A stretch of DNA of 59,910 nt from Myxococcota bacterium (GTDB lineage: Bacteria > Myxococcota_A > SURF-8 > G963663525): NCBI GenBank assembly GCA_963676915.2, contig CAXXVK010000029.1, positions 1 through 59,910 on the forward strand, given 5' to 3'. How positions within the stretch are numbered: position 1 is the first letter of the stretch; every line of letters begins with the position of its first letter. Positions 48,061 through 56,997 of the stretch are shown one piece after another. Made by a program: the position numbers and the translations under genes. The notes beneath the pieces are model-generated. The model searched no databases and was not told the DNA's origin. It saw only the letters and a list, made by a program, of their open reading frames with translations.

Positions 48061-50460
48061 CTACGCATGACTTACCCCCAGACGCTGTGCCACATTAGAA
48101 AAAACTTTCGTCATCCGCTCTTCGAGATCGTCGAAGGGATCGGCTCCAACGAAAGTCATTTGGAAGGCTCCCTTTTGGAAAACGACCGAGGATTGATCGC
48201 TCGTTCGGGAACGATTTTGTCCTTTCCGATCGTTTTTCCTTGTCGATTCCATTCGCAATGGGGGGATTTTCGGCCCATCGAGACGAATTTCTGCGAGAGA
48301 GGACGTGACAGCCTTGATCGGAGCATCTGCCCCTTTCTCTATGCCGGCTGCAAAGGTGGGCAACAATGTGCTACCGGACTTTGTAAGCTGCGAAAGTGGT
48401 CCTTCCTTGGCGTCCGAAAACGGCAAAAACCCTCGAAAGTCACCCAGCAACCCGGTAAAACCTTCGATTAGCGTGCCCCAACCACCCTGGATTCCTTCCC
48501 AAAATGCGTCGATCAGCCCTGTTCCCGAATCCATGAGAATGGACCCCAAACCGGTGAACCAGCCGATCCAGGTCATAAACAGACCTTCGATGTCTCCCAA
48601 TACATTGGCGAAGGTAGTTTGAACGGTTTCCCAGGCTCCGGACCAATCGCCGGTCAGCAATTGCAAACCGGTTTTAAACAGTCCGGAGATCAGGTTCCAA
48701 CCCAGCGAGACAAGTCCGGAAACCATGCCCCAAGCGGTTTTAACGTTCAATACGATGCCGGACCAAACCGCCTCCGTCAGAGTACCGAGGATTCCCCAGG
48801 TGGTAACGAACACACCTTTCAATAAAGCCAGACCGGGAAGCATCGTAATCAGCAAAGGGGAAAAGGCCCGCAAGACCACGGTTCTCAACATAGGCCAAAC
48901 TTCATTGGTATAGCTGGCGATCGTCGACCAGGCGTTTGAAACAACACCTGTTAAAAATCCGATACCGTAGGCTACAGGTGTCGCCATAGCATAAAAAACG
49001 GATCTCAAACCTTCCCAGCTTTGCGCTACCCAGCTCGACGAATCGTTCATATCGTCGGCAGCGGAAGTCCACAGCAACGTCAGAGCCGTAATGCCAGTGA
49101 TCAAAGCCCCGACAACCAACAAAATGCCGCCGGTGGATACATTGACCATTGCCATGGCCGTCACGACTTGCGCCCCCATGACGAGCGCCGCGCCACCAAC
49201 GACTAGCACTCCCGCCGTGACTGCCGTCAGAATGACCACGGTTTTCGTCAAGAATGGATGAACTTCGGCAAACGTAGATATTTTATCGGACACCCAGGCG
49301 AAAGAATCCGCCAGACTACTCACGACCGGCATCAGGGTATGACCAACGGTTTCCACCAAAACGGCTGCGTTGGCCTTGGCGCGATCGAATGCTGCCGAAG
49401 CGGAAGCGTTCACCTTCTGGAAGGCTTCATCCGTAGCTCCGGCCGAGTTCCCCATTTGTTCCAAAATAGAAGAGAACGACTCCGCCTGGTTGCCGGTCAA
49501 CGCCATCACACCCGAGAGCGCTTCGACAGGACCGAATAGTTTGGCCATCGCTTCTTCATTGCCACCGGTTTTTTCTTTGACATGGGCCAGCCAATTGCCC
49601 AGCCCCATGCTTTTCACCGCCGTGCTGGAGAACTCGATCCCCAGTGATTTCGCAGTTTTCGTAGCTTCCGATGTGGGCTTGATGACGGCAGACAACATGC
49701 CTTTCAAAGACGTGACGGCCTCCGAAGTGCTCAGACCACCCAACGTCAAAGCCGAGGTGGCCGACAGTAGATGATCCAATCCGACCCCCGCTGCCGCAGC
49801 CAACGGAGTGACTTTGCCAAGCGACGAAGACAGTTCACCGATGTTCGTTTTTCCGGCCTTCATCGCCACGAACATCTGATCCGAAACGCCGGAGACCAGG
49901 TTTGCTTCCATTCCGTAGGAATTCATGATGGAGGTCAATCCATCGATGGCGGTACCGGTATCGGTAATACCGCCCCGCGCCAGTTTCATCGCTCCTTCGA
50001 GCATGACCGTTGCGTCGGCCGCGTCGCCGTAACCCGCCGAAATCGTTGTGTACAGTGCTCCGGCGGTATTCACCGGCATCTGACCGTATTCTTTGGAAAG
50101 ACTGCGAACCTCGGAGGTCAGTGCCCCCATATCGGTTGTCGCGGTATCGACGAGCGTCGAAACTTCCGCCATGGCGGAATCGAAGCCTGTAGCGGCATGA
50201 ACGGCAAGGCCCAGACCGGCAGCAACGATCCCTCCGACCATCATCGCTTTGGTACCGATTCCGGTCATTTTCGAGGCGGCTTTATCCACCGCTCCCATAT
50301 CGATATCGGCAGGTATCAAGCTGGAATTGACGGACAGGGCCGTCCGTTCGGCGGTCTTACGAAAAGACGTAAGCGAGTGCTCGGCCTTTATCAACGAGGA
50401 GCTCAAGGCATTGTTGCCTTTGACCAGAACTCCGATCGTATGGCTCATACCGCCGGACAT
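48061..50460 (-). CDS. Phage tail tape measure protein, TP901 family
   Basis: FDSAMAEVSTL, ALYTTISAG, MKLARGG, GKTNIGEL; Trp-periodic C-terminal repeats (GDWSGAWE); PFSDAKEGPLS. Confidence 0.95.
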   Translation of the reverse strand: MSGGMSHTIGVLVKGNNALSSSLIKAEHSLTSFRKTAERTALSVNSSLIPADIDMGAVDKAASKMTGIGTKAMMVGGIVAAGLGLAVHAATGFDSAMAEVSTLVDTATTDMGALTSEVRSLSKEYGQMPVNTAGALYTTISAGYGDAADATVMLEGAMKLARGGITDTGTAIDGLTSIMNSYGMEANLVSGVSDQMFVAMKAGKTNIGELSSSLGKVTPLAAAAGVGLDHLLSATSALTLGGLSTSEAVTSLKGMLSAVIKPTSEATKTAKSLGIEFSSTAVKSMGLGNWLAHVKEKTGGNEEAMAKLFGPVEALSGVMALTGNQAESFSSILEQMGNSAGATDEAFQKVNASASAAFDRAKANAAVLVETVGHTLMPVVSSLADSFAWVSDKISTFAEVHPFLTKTVVILTAVTAGVLVVGGAALVMGAQVVTAMAMVNVSTGGILLVVGALITGITALTLLWTSAADDMNDSSSWVAQSWEGLRSVFYAMATPVAYGIGFLTGVVSNAWSTIASYTNEVWPMLRTVVLRAFSPLLITMLPGLALLKGVFVTTWGILGTLTEAVWSGIVLNVKTAWGMVSGLVSLGWNLISGLFKTGLQLLTGDWSGAWETVQTTFANVLGDIEGLFMTWIGWFTGLGSILMDSGTGLIDAFWEGIQGGWGTLIEGFTGLLGDFRGFLPFSDAKEGPLSQLTKSGSTLLPTFAAGIEKGADAPIKAVTSSLAEIRLDGPKIPPLRMESTRKNDRKGQNRSRTSDQSSVVFQKGAFQMTFVGADPFDDLEERMTKVFSNVAQRLGVSHA

Positions 50461-50676
50461 TTACGACCACCACCTTCTTTTTCCAGGCTTTTTGAACGCT
50501 TTGTTTTCCAGATCACGCAACCAGAGTGCCGCACCCGCCACTTCCGCAAATTCATCGGCGCAGAGTTTTTCAACCGTATCGAAGGTGTAGCCTCCGAAGG
50601 TCGAGCAGATGAGCGCCTGCATCTGCCGATAGCCGTCCGAGCGGCAACGATGCCGCTCGGCCTCTATACGTTTTTT
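50461..50676 (-). CDS. Tail assembly chaperone frameshift extension (gpGT C-terminal part)
   Basis: The -1 frame opens at slippery A_AAA_AAC (50670-50676) and ends adjacent to the TMP start. Confidence 0.7.
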   Translation of the reverse strand, partial: KKRIEAERHRCRSDGYRQMQALICSTFGGYTFDTVEKLCADEFAEVAGAALWLRDLENKAFKKPGKRRWWS

Positions 50677-50999
50677 ATGGAAGCTCCCTGGACGAAGCCG
50701 AGACCCTTCTGGATTTGCTGGGCCAAAGTGACGACCAAACCAGGATCCCATTCGGACTGCATCGCCTCAAAATCCGGTTTGGGATGCATGAGGAATTTCT
50801 GAACCAGCAATTCATTGGCCGCCGCCTCGTCTTTCACTGCGCCAACCAGCTTCTTGTATTCGGACCACGGAGCCTTGCGAGCAATGAAAATCTCGTCCTC
50901 GCGTCCCGGTACCAGGATCCGATACAGTTTCAGATCGGGATTGTTGGCTCGAAGGGTTTCTGCGATTTCACGAATTTTGTTGTCGATTGTTTCAGACAT
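50664..50999 (-). CDS. Tail assembly chaperone (gpG-like)
   Basis: MSETIDNK...GASIKNV; upstream of the TMP gene; ends in a slippery heptamer. Confidence 0.75.
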   Translation of the reverse strand: MSETIDNKIREIAETLRANNPDLKLYRILVPGREDEIFIARKAPWSEYKKLVGAVKDEAAANELLVQKFLMHPKPDFEAMQSEWDPGLVVTLAQQIQKGLGFVQGASIKNV

Positions 51000-51378
51000 T
51001 GGTTTTTCCTTTGCGTTTGTCCCACCGGTCCGGGCCGTCTTCGCGCACGTCCAGGTGGGTGAAGGTGTCGTAGCGGCCAATGCCGCCGTTTTTAAATGCA
51101 GGAATGGTTTCGGCGATGGTAGCAACACAATCCGGATGCAGCCCTTGCACGACAATGTCGGCGGCATGACCCAGCAGATGTTGACTGTCCGGAACGCCAC
51201 CCACATCGGCGTTATGCTTTCGGCAGCGATATCCAGAGCTTATTTCGATGGGAAGGCCGATGCGATCACGAAGGATTTGCAGTGCTTCGATCAATCGTGA
51301 ATCGACCCGCACCTGCCCACAGCCACAAGGGCAACGAAATTCCCATTTGGAAAAATTCCGGCTCAAATCGCCCATCAT
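50992..51378 (-). CDS. Peptidase M15A-family endolysin
   Basis: NFSKWEFRCPCGCG, ISSGYRC..HN, SQHLLGHAADI, GIGRY..FTHLD. Confidence 0.9.
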   Translation of the reverse strand: MMGDLSRNFSKWEFRCPCGCGQVRVDSRLIEALQILRDRIGLPIEISSGYRCRKHNADVGGVPDSQHLLGHAADIVVQGLHPDCVATIAETIPAFKNGGIGRYDTFTHLDVREDGPDRWDKRKGKTNV

Positions 51379-51605
51379 GCACCTCCCAGCAATTGAAGAA
51401 GTTGTTTGACTTGCAACGCACCGGTACCCATCATCATGCCGACAAGCAGAAAGGCAGCGTTGCGCAATAGCCGGATCGTTTTTTCCAACTCGACAACTCG
51501 AGATGAAAGCTGTTCCACCGACTGAGCCAACCTTTCGGTCAGCTTGACGATGTCATCATGGGCGTTGCAGGTTTCGATCGTCCCGTCCGGGCGTCGTTCG
51601 CACAT
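51375..51605 (-). CDS. Small coiled-coil plus TM protein, holin/XhlA-like
   Basis: LSSRVVELEK coiled coil followed by one TM helix; RBS AAGGAGG; directly before the endolysin. Confidence 0.55.
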   Translation of the reverse strand: MCERRPDGTIETCNAHDDIVKLTERLAQSVEQLSSRVVELEKTIRLLRNAAFLLVGMMMGTGALQVKQLLQLLGGA

Positions 51606-51615
51606 GGCGTCCTCC

Positions 51616-52092
51616 TTAGACCAAACCTTCGGCGTCCAGAGCGAGTCCGGACAGCTTGCGCCCCACCGCCTCGTCATCCACCGAGAAGCCCCCCTCGACA
51701 TCGGTAAATTCGAAGCCCAGAAAACGTGGGTTGCGACTGACATTGTTTTTCGGCGGATAGACAATCAGGATCGTCAGGTTGCGCAGATCCAACAGATCTT
51801 CGAACTCCTGGTCCCCCACGCGAAATGTTTTGAGCTTCACTTCCCGAGAACGCTCGGAATTGACGGCTTCCTCGATGACGGCCTTGTTCAGTTCCTTGAC
51901 CTCGAAGTCGAGTTCATACTCTTTCGAACCACGTCCCATGGCATGAGGTTTCCGATACCCCGCGCCACGAATCGGCGTTTTCTTCTGACTGGCCTTCCAC
52001 GACAGGTTCTGCAAAGCCATGATTTTGATTCCGTCGACGAGGAGGCTGATTTCCTCCCCGCCGGTCCCCTGGATAAATCCTTCCTGTGACAT
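51616..52092 (-). CDS. Tail tube protein
   Basis: Follows the sheath gene; LQNLSWKASQKKTPIRGAG..GRGSKEYELDFE. Confidence 0.8.
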   Translation of the reverse strand: MSQEGFIQGTGGEEISLLVDGIKIMALQNLSWKASQKKTPIRGAGYRKPHAMGRGSKEYELDFEVKELNKAVIEEAVNSERSREVKLKTFRVGDQEFEDLLDLRNLTILIVYPPKNNVSRNPRFLGFEFTDVEGGFSVDDEAVGRKLSGLALDAEGLV

Positions 52093-52103
52093 GATTCACC
52101 TCG

Positions 52104-54401
52104 TTATTGCAGGTAGATGGTGGTATAGATCATTTCCATGGCGCGCCTCGGCTGGATACCCAACGACACGTAGACATCACCCAACAGGCGATTTTCCGTC
52201 GTGCTGACCGCGTTCAAATCGAAAGCATCGATCTGTCCGCCATCCCGCATCTGCTCCAACGGGCGTGCCATGGCCGATTCCAGTCGTCGCAATCCTTCAC
52301 CGGCAGCGTCGTTTTCCTCTCCCACGTAGGGTTGGGCTGCCTCGCGAGCCGCTTTGGCTCCGTAGTAGACCGCCCGCAGATCGTTGACCCGTGAATAGTC
52401 CGAACCTTCGGCTGCCGCCGTAAGCGAATGAGCAAGGATGTAGCCCCGTCCGGGCTTGAAACGAATGCAATTGACCCGCGCCTGAATCAGCGTTTCGATA
52501 TGTCCGGGAGGAAACTCCGGTACCAGCTTCAACACACCGTCGACGGGTTTATTGATCAGAGACTTTTGAACTTCCAGGCCGGCCATCGTGCCTCCACAGG
52601 CTGCCGTGACCGGAAGATCGATTTCGTTGCCGTCCGAATCCATGAACGTTGCACCGCCAGCAAACACACAGGCATTGCGATCGCCAACTTCTCCCATACG
52701 CTCCACGAGCTCATCCACGTAATCCTGAAGATCGGCGAGATACTCCGCGCTGCCTTCGTCGTATTCACAGTCAAAGGCCGGAGTTTCCAAAATGGCAAAG
52801 CGCTCGGCCTGAAGATCTTCACCCATTTCCGAGCAGTGCAACAAAATAGCGGTCCACAACGCATGCGACGTGGCACCGACAGCGTGAATCCAGGAAGCGT
52901 CGGTCTTGGCTTTCGAAGCTTCCAGACCCGCCAGATAGTCTCCGTTCGTCGGATCCCCTCCGTCCGAACCGCCGGTAAACGCTTCAAATGTGGTTGGATC
53001 CGGAGAGCCATCGCCATCTTCCAGAGTTGGCAAAAGGCATTGGGTCGTCCCGCTTTGCAGGATTTCCGTGTCGTAGACCCCTCCCGCCTGGATCTTGGCC
53101 GCGATCGCAGAAACCATGGTGCTCATCGTACTCGTGGCTTCATAACGGCGAGTCGTTACGGGAGAGAGGTTGCGATCCTGGATCGTCACGGCAGTTTGCA
53201 CCACAGCTTCCGCCATGAAAGAAGCCAGGCCGAACACGTTCGTGTCGAGTTCCTGCATTCCTTCATAGCTTGCATTCGACGGATCGTCCCAGTCCACATT
53301 GAAGCGCAGCAACCGAGAGTAGGGATAACTACCATCGTTACGAACGGCGACCAGCAGCTCTCCGCTTTGCCAATCGTAGGCCAAACCCTCCGGAGAGTCG
53401 CCGCCGACCCATCCCGAAAGATTCACCATGCCTTTTACGCTGGGACTGCCTTGAAGAGATCCCGCGAGAGCAACGACCGTTTTCGTCTCCCGATCGAGCA
53501 GCAACGTCAGTCGTTCGGGATCCTCTCCCCGCAACACGGCCGCAAGATCGAACGAGATGGTGGTCGAAGAGACATCCGGCGATTCAACACCGAAACTCGT
53601 GAAATCCAGCGTAACGTCCAGAGAGGGACTCGATAGATCGGAGGCATCGATTACCAACAAATGTTTGTCGGTAGTGACGTAGAAATCATCGTTGATCCCG
53701 AAAAAGTGACCGCCAAGTCCCGTCAGCGTATCTCCATCGGGGACCAACCCGGCTAGATCGAGCGTATCGGTAGAGATGATTTCGCCACTTGCGTTCAGAT
53801 GCCAGATTTTCGGGTCGCTTCCCGGAGCCGTGCCGTATCCCAATACGAAAAAGTCGAAGATGTCATCCGAGGGTGTTGTTTTCGGCAACGTCGGCACTTC
53901 GATCGCCACAGGGACGGCAATGGAGCTAGGCAGCGGAATCGACTCGATTTCTTCCATGTCTTCGTCATAAAACACAACCCGGTTGGGACTACCGTACACT
54001 GCCGCATGACTGGAAGTAATGTCGTCGAAGGTCAAGGTGACGTTCGAGAAATGGTTGTTTCCCGAAGATCCGTAATCCCCCTTGATCCGCAAAACATCCG
54101 TACCGTTATGAGTCTTGAGGGTTTGTGTCGCACGAACAGCCGTACCGATCCGGCAGGCGTAAATCCGCGTGGACCCTGCGTCGAAGGCCGCTTCGATGGC
54201 TCGAAGCAACTCTCCTCCTTTGAAAATCGTTTTCGCCTGCTTTTTGGCATCCGCACCGGACAGCGTGTAAAACTTGTACGGCTGACCGCCAAGCGCCGGG
54301 CCGATTTTGATCTCCACATTTGCAAGCGAGGCGGGAACCACCCCCAGGTGGCCATCCTCGTACTCGTTGTAGGCATCCGGAATGACACGTCGAGTAGCCA
54401 T
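52104..54401 (-). CDS. Contractile tail sheath protein with large inserted domain
   Basis: N-term IPDAYNEYEDG..IFKGGELLRAI..AGS; FTGGSDG; C-term SLINK, LIQARVN, RAVYY, IQPRRAMEMIYTTI. Confidence 0.85.
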   Translation of the reverse strand: MATRRVIPDAYNEYEDGHLGVVPASLANVEIKIGPALGGQPYKFYTLSGADAKKQAKTIFKGGELLRAIEAAFDAGSTRIYACRIGTAVRATQTLKTHNGTDVLRIKGDYGSSGNNHFSNVTLTFDDITSSHAAVYGSPNRVVFYDEDMEEIESIPLPSSIAVPVAIEVPTLPKTTPSDDIFDFFVLGYGTAPGSDPKIWHLNASGEIISTDTLDLAGLVPDGDTLTGLGGHFFGINDDFYVTTDKHLLVIDASDLSSPSLDVTLDFTSFGVESPDVSSTTISFDLAAVLRGEDPERLTLLLDRETKTVVALAGSLQGSPSVKGMVNLSGWVGGDSPEGLAYDWQSGELLVAVRNDGSYPYSRLLRFNVDWDDPSNASYEGMQELDTNVFGLASFMAEAVVQTAVTIQDRNLSPVTTRRYEATSTMSTMVSAIAAKIQAGGVYDTEILQSGTTQCLLPTLEDGDGSPDPTTFEAFTGGSDGGDPTNGDYLAGLEASKAKTDASWIHAVGATSHALWTAILLHCSEMGEDLQAERFAILETPAFDCEYDEGSAEYLADLQDYVDELVERMGEVGDRNACVFAGGATFMDSDGNEIDLPVTAACGGTMAGLEVQKSLINKPVDGVLKLVPEFPPGHIETLIQARVNCIRFKPGRGYILAHSLTAAAEGSDYSRVNDLRAVYYGAKAAREAAQPYVGEENDAAGEGLRRLESAMARPLEQMRDGGQIDAFDLNAVSTTENRLLGDVYVSLGIQPRRAMEMIYTTIYLQ

Positions 54402-54403
54402 AT

Positions 54404-54595
54404 TCAATCCTCCTTCGCAGACCCACGCAACCACTGGTCACGCAGGCGTATGAAATTTTCCTTCTGCAGCCGCGTATCGCCGGTCCAGCGATAGGCCACC
54501 TTCAAACATTCAAAAATTATGGAATCCGTCTTGGTCGAGAGCGCCAGTTGCTCCACGGAGATCAACCTCGGTCCGGATTTGCGTCGAAAATCCAT
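54404..54595 (-). CDS. Small phage hypothetical protein
   Basis: Fills the gap between the tail completion and sheath genes; RBS GGAGG. Confidence 0.5.
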   Translation of the reverse strand: MDFRRKSGPRLISVEQLALSTKTDSIIFECLKVAYRWTGDTRLQKENFIRLRDQWLRGSAKED

Positions 54596-54596
54596 C

Positions 54597-55154
54597 TCAG
54601 CCCTCCGTTACATGAATATTTTTCATGACGTGTTCGACCTCCCGTTCGGACGTTACGTAACGTCGAACGGCCAAGGTCAGTGCCCCGCGATATAAAAACG
54701 GTTTCCGATCGGTTTCCGGCGGGACGTTTTGACGACCGATCGGCTTCAAACTTTCCAAAGTAAAAATTTCGGGGGGATCCGTTTCCGGATCGGTCAATTC
54801 CAGGGAATCGGTGGATAACCAACTCGCCAGCGCTACAGCTTCAAGTTGTTGTACGATTCGATCGACGATTTCCTGACCACCCAAGGCGCGACTCGAAGGG
54901 GAAGCGATCGTCAAACGAACCTGTGTTGTCTCCAAATGAAGTTTTCCGGTTGCCGTAACGTGCCCGCTAGCTTCGTCACGCACGATATATTCGGTCTTTC
55001 CGCAACCCATCGACTGTGTATCGTGAGTCAATTCCGTTACGATCACGGATGGATAGCGATGTTTTTCATTCGCCAGATCGTCGGCATAGGCGTGCAAATC
55101 TTCCACGGACAACGTCGCCCAATGCCCGATGGCACGTTTTAAGGAAGCCGTCAT
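54597..55154 (-). CDS. Tail completion/terminator-like protein
   Basis: YPSVIV motif; position after the HK97 gp10-like gene. Confidence 0.55.
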   Translation of the reverse strand: MTASLKRAIGHWATLSVEDLHAYADDLANEKHRYPSVIVTELTHDTQSMGCGKTEYIVRDEASGHVTATGKLHLETTQVRLTIASPSSRALGGQEIVDRIVQQLEAVALASWLSTDSLELTDPETDPPEIFTLESLKPIGRQNVPPETDRKPFLYRGALTLAVRRYVTSEREVEHVMKNIHVTEG

Positions 55155-55546
55155 TTCGCCTCCTTGTCGAAACGAGCAATCGCTCGGGAAATCGCTTTAC
55201 CGAAAACCTTGCTGGCCTGCTTCTGTCCTTCCAGAAAAGCAGGTTCGAGGTAGGGTTGAGCAGCCATGTGTTTCGTGCCGAACTCGACATAGGGGGCATA
55301 CTCGGTATTGGTACCCACGTAGGCTTCCGCCCAACTCTGAATCACCGGCGTAATCGAAGCCCGCAGTTTCCCCGTATCCACCGGACATAGCTCTTTCGCC
55401 TTGGCTTCGACGATCAACATCAAATCGCGAACGGCTTTTCCCAGCTCTTCGGTGATGATCTCTGGCATTTCCCGCATCGCCTGTTGCAGACGTGCGATCT
55501 TTCTCAGATCGATGTCGATGATCGCGAGTTGACCTTTCTTACGCAC
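55151..55546 (-). CDS. HK97 gp10-like neck protein
   Basis: AKELCPVDTGKLRASI..VGTNTEYAPYVEFGTKHMAAQPYLEPA. Confidence 0.92.
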   Translation of the reverse strand: MRKKGQLAIIDIDLRKIARLQQAMREMPEIITEELGKAVRDLMLIVEAKAKELCPVDTGKLRASITPVIQSWAEAYVGTNTEYAPYVEFGTKHMAAQPYLEPAFLEGQKQASKVFGKAISRAIARFDKEAK

Positions 55547-55919
55547 CGTCCGTCTCCCGTTTCTCCAATTCCAAGTGCAGCCGGATGTGAGTCACCGCTC
55601 CGAAAAAATTTTGCGGTTTTACGTCCGTTGCCCGATACCGGATGCCTTCGATTTCCAAAATGTCCGACTCTTCCACGCCGGAATCCGGCAGCACATCGGC
55701 CACAGCATCAGCGCCGATTTCCGCCAGATCCTGTTCTTCCAAAAGCTTCTTTTCGATAGAGATCGTCCCGATTTCCGTTTCGTCCGACTCGAAGGATCCG
55801 AAAAAGGAATCTTCGCCGGCCTTTACGGGACGAAGCAGACGAGCGCTCGTTCCCGCTTTGCGAATCAACCAGGCCGTATCCTTTACGGCCTGGTGAATCT
55901 GGCGTTCCAATCGCGTCAC
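55539..55919 (-). CDS. Head closure/head-tail joining protein
   Basis: DILEIEGIRYRATDV; position in the neck module. Confidence 0.6.
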   Translation of the reverse strand: MTRLERQIHQAVKDTAWLIRKAGTSARLLRPVKAGEDSFFGSFESDETEIGTISIEKKLLEEQDLAEIGADAVADVLPDSGVEESDILEIEGIRYRATDVKPQNFFGAVTHIRLHLELEKRETDGA

Positions 55920-56530
55920 GGGCTACCCGTTTCTTTCGGAGGGTCTTCCGAAGCTTCGGTGGAGGTTTTCTCCCAACGAGCCAGCGGGTCACAGTGAAGA
56001 CCCGTCTTGCCGGTTTTGCCGTCCTGAATCGCTTCACAACGGAACTCCAGCAAGCGTCCTTTCGATTCGCATCCGGCAAAAATGCCACCGCCGTAACTCA
56101 CCTCATCATTCCAATCCACCGAAAAAGCCGGGGCGATCGTCGCCTGCTGACAACCGGATAAATAGTCTCCGGCTTGATCGAGTACGGCATGACGCGAGTC
56201 GATGACGAACTGCCTATCCACACCGCAACCCGACATCAGCACCATGGACGTCACAATCGTCGCCAACAGCACAACCATCGTGAGCAGTTGAAGTCGGATG
56301 AAACCTCCGGTTTTCTTCAGAGGGGTGTTGCTCTCTTTGACCAGCAGACGCGTCAGGTCACTCATCAGAGTGCCTTTGCCACCACCCAGCAAGGCTCCCA
56401 GGGCCAACAGCCCCGTCAAATCCCCTTGGATGGCGAAGTACACCCCCGTTGCCGCCATGGCGATCTGCAACAGAATCGTTGCCGTATCCATCTTCGTGTA
56501 GTTGAAAGGGTCCAATTTCTTCGTGTTCAT
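55916..56530 (-). CDS. Phage membrane protein: holin-like TMs followed by an internal lipobox-like segment
   Basis: Two short N-terminal TMs, KKTGGFIRL, third TM ending MSGC, Cys-containing soluble tail. Confidence 0.55.
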   Translation of the reverse strand: MNTKKLDPFNYTKMDTATILLQIAMAATGVYFAIQGDLTGLLALGALLGGGKGTLMSDLTRLLVKESNTPLKKTGGFIRLQLLTMVVLLATIVTSMVLMSGCGVDRQFVIDSRHAVLDQAGDYLSGCQQATIAPAFSVDWNDEVSYGGGIFAGCESKGRLLEFRCEAIQDGKTGKTGLHCDPLARWEKTSTEASEDPPKETGSP

Positions 56531-56532
56531 GA

Positions 56533-56997
56533 TCATTCTCCGTTTTCAGGGATAAATTCTCTCCACCAGACGGGTTGCCGGTACGTCACCGGACTCACGT
56601 CGACATGGAGAAACGCTTCGTCGTTTTCCGGGTTCTGGAGTCGAACCCGTTTCGAATAGTCCGTCGTCAAATCCTTTTCCAAGTCCGCCCAGGTCTTGGC
56701 CTCGTTGCTACGGGACATCGACTTGTCACCGGAAGAGAAGTTGACCCGCTGCGCAGCCTGGGATCGCAACAAACGACAAGCCAGGATCTTCGATCGAAGT
56801 CGCCAGATCTCTTCGTGTGCCGTAGGCATCGGTGGCTCGACATCGCCGTCCACGAGTTCGTAAGCCACGCCCAGGTCGGCAGAGACCGTCGACAATGCTC
56901 GTTCCACAAGCCTCGTCGCGACTTCTTCCGGAAGAAGAGGGGTTCCCTCATCGTCCGAAAAATCGCTTTGTAGGTCTTGTACAAGTCCCGTCAGCAT
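56533..56997 (-). CDS. Head-tail connector/adaptor
   Basis: Helical N-terminus, NFSSGDKSMSRS motif; position after the capsid genes. Confidence 0.6.
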   Translation of the reverse strand: MLTGLVQDLQSDFSDDEGTPLLPEEVATRLVERALSTVSADLGVAYELVDGDVEPPMPTAHEEIWRLRSKILACRLLRSQAAQRVNFSSGDKSMSRSNEAKTWADLEKDLTTDYSKRVRLQNPENDEAFLHVDVSPVTYRQPVWWREFIPENGE

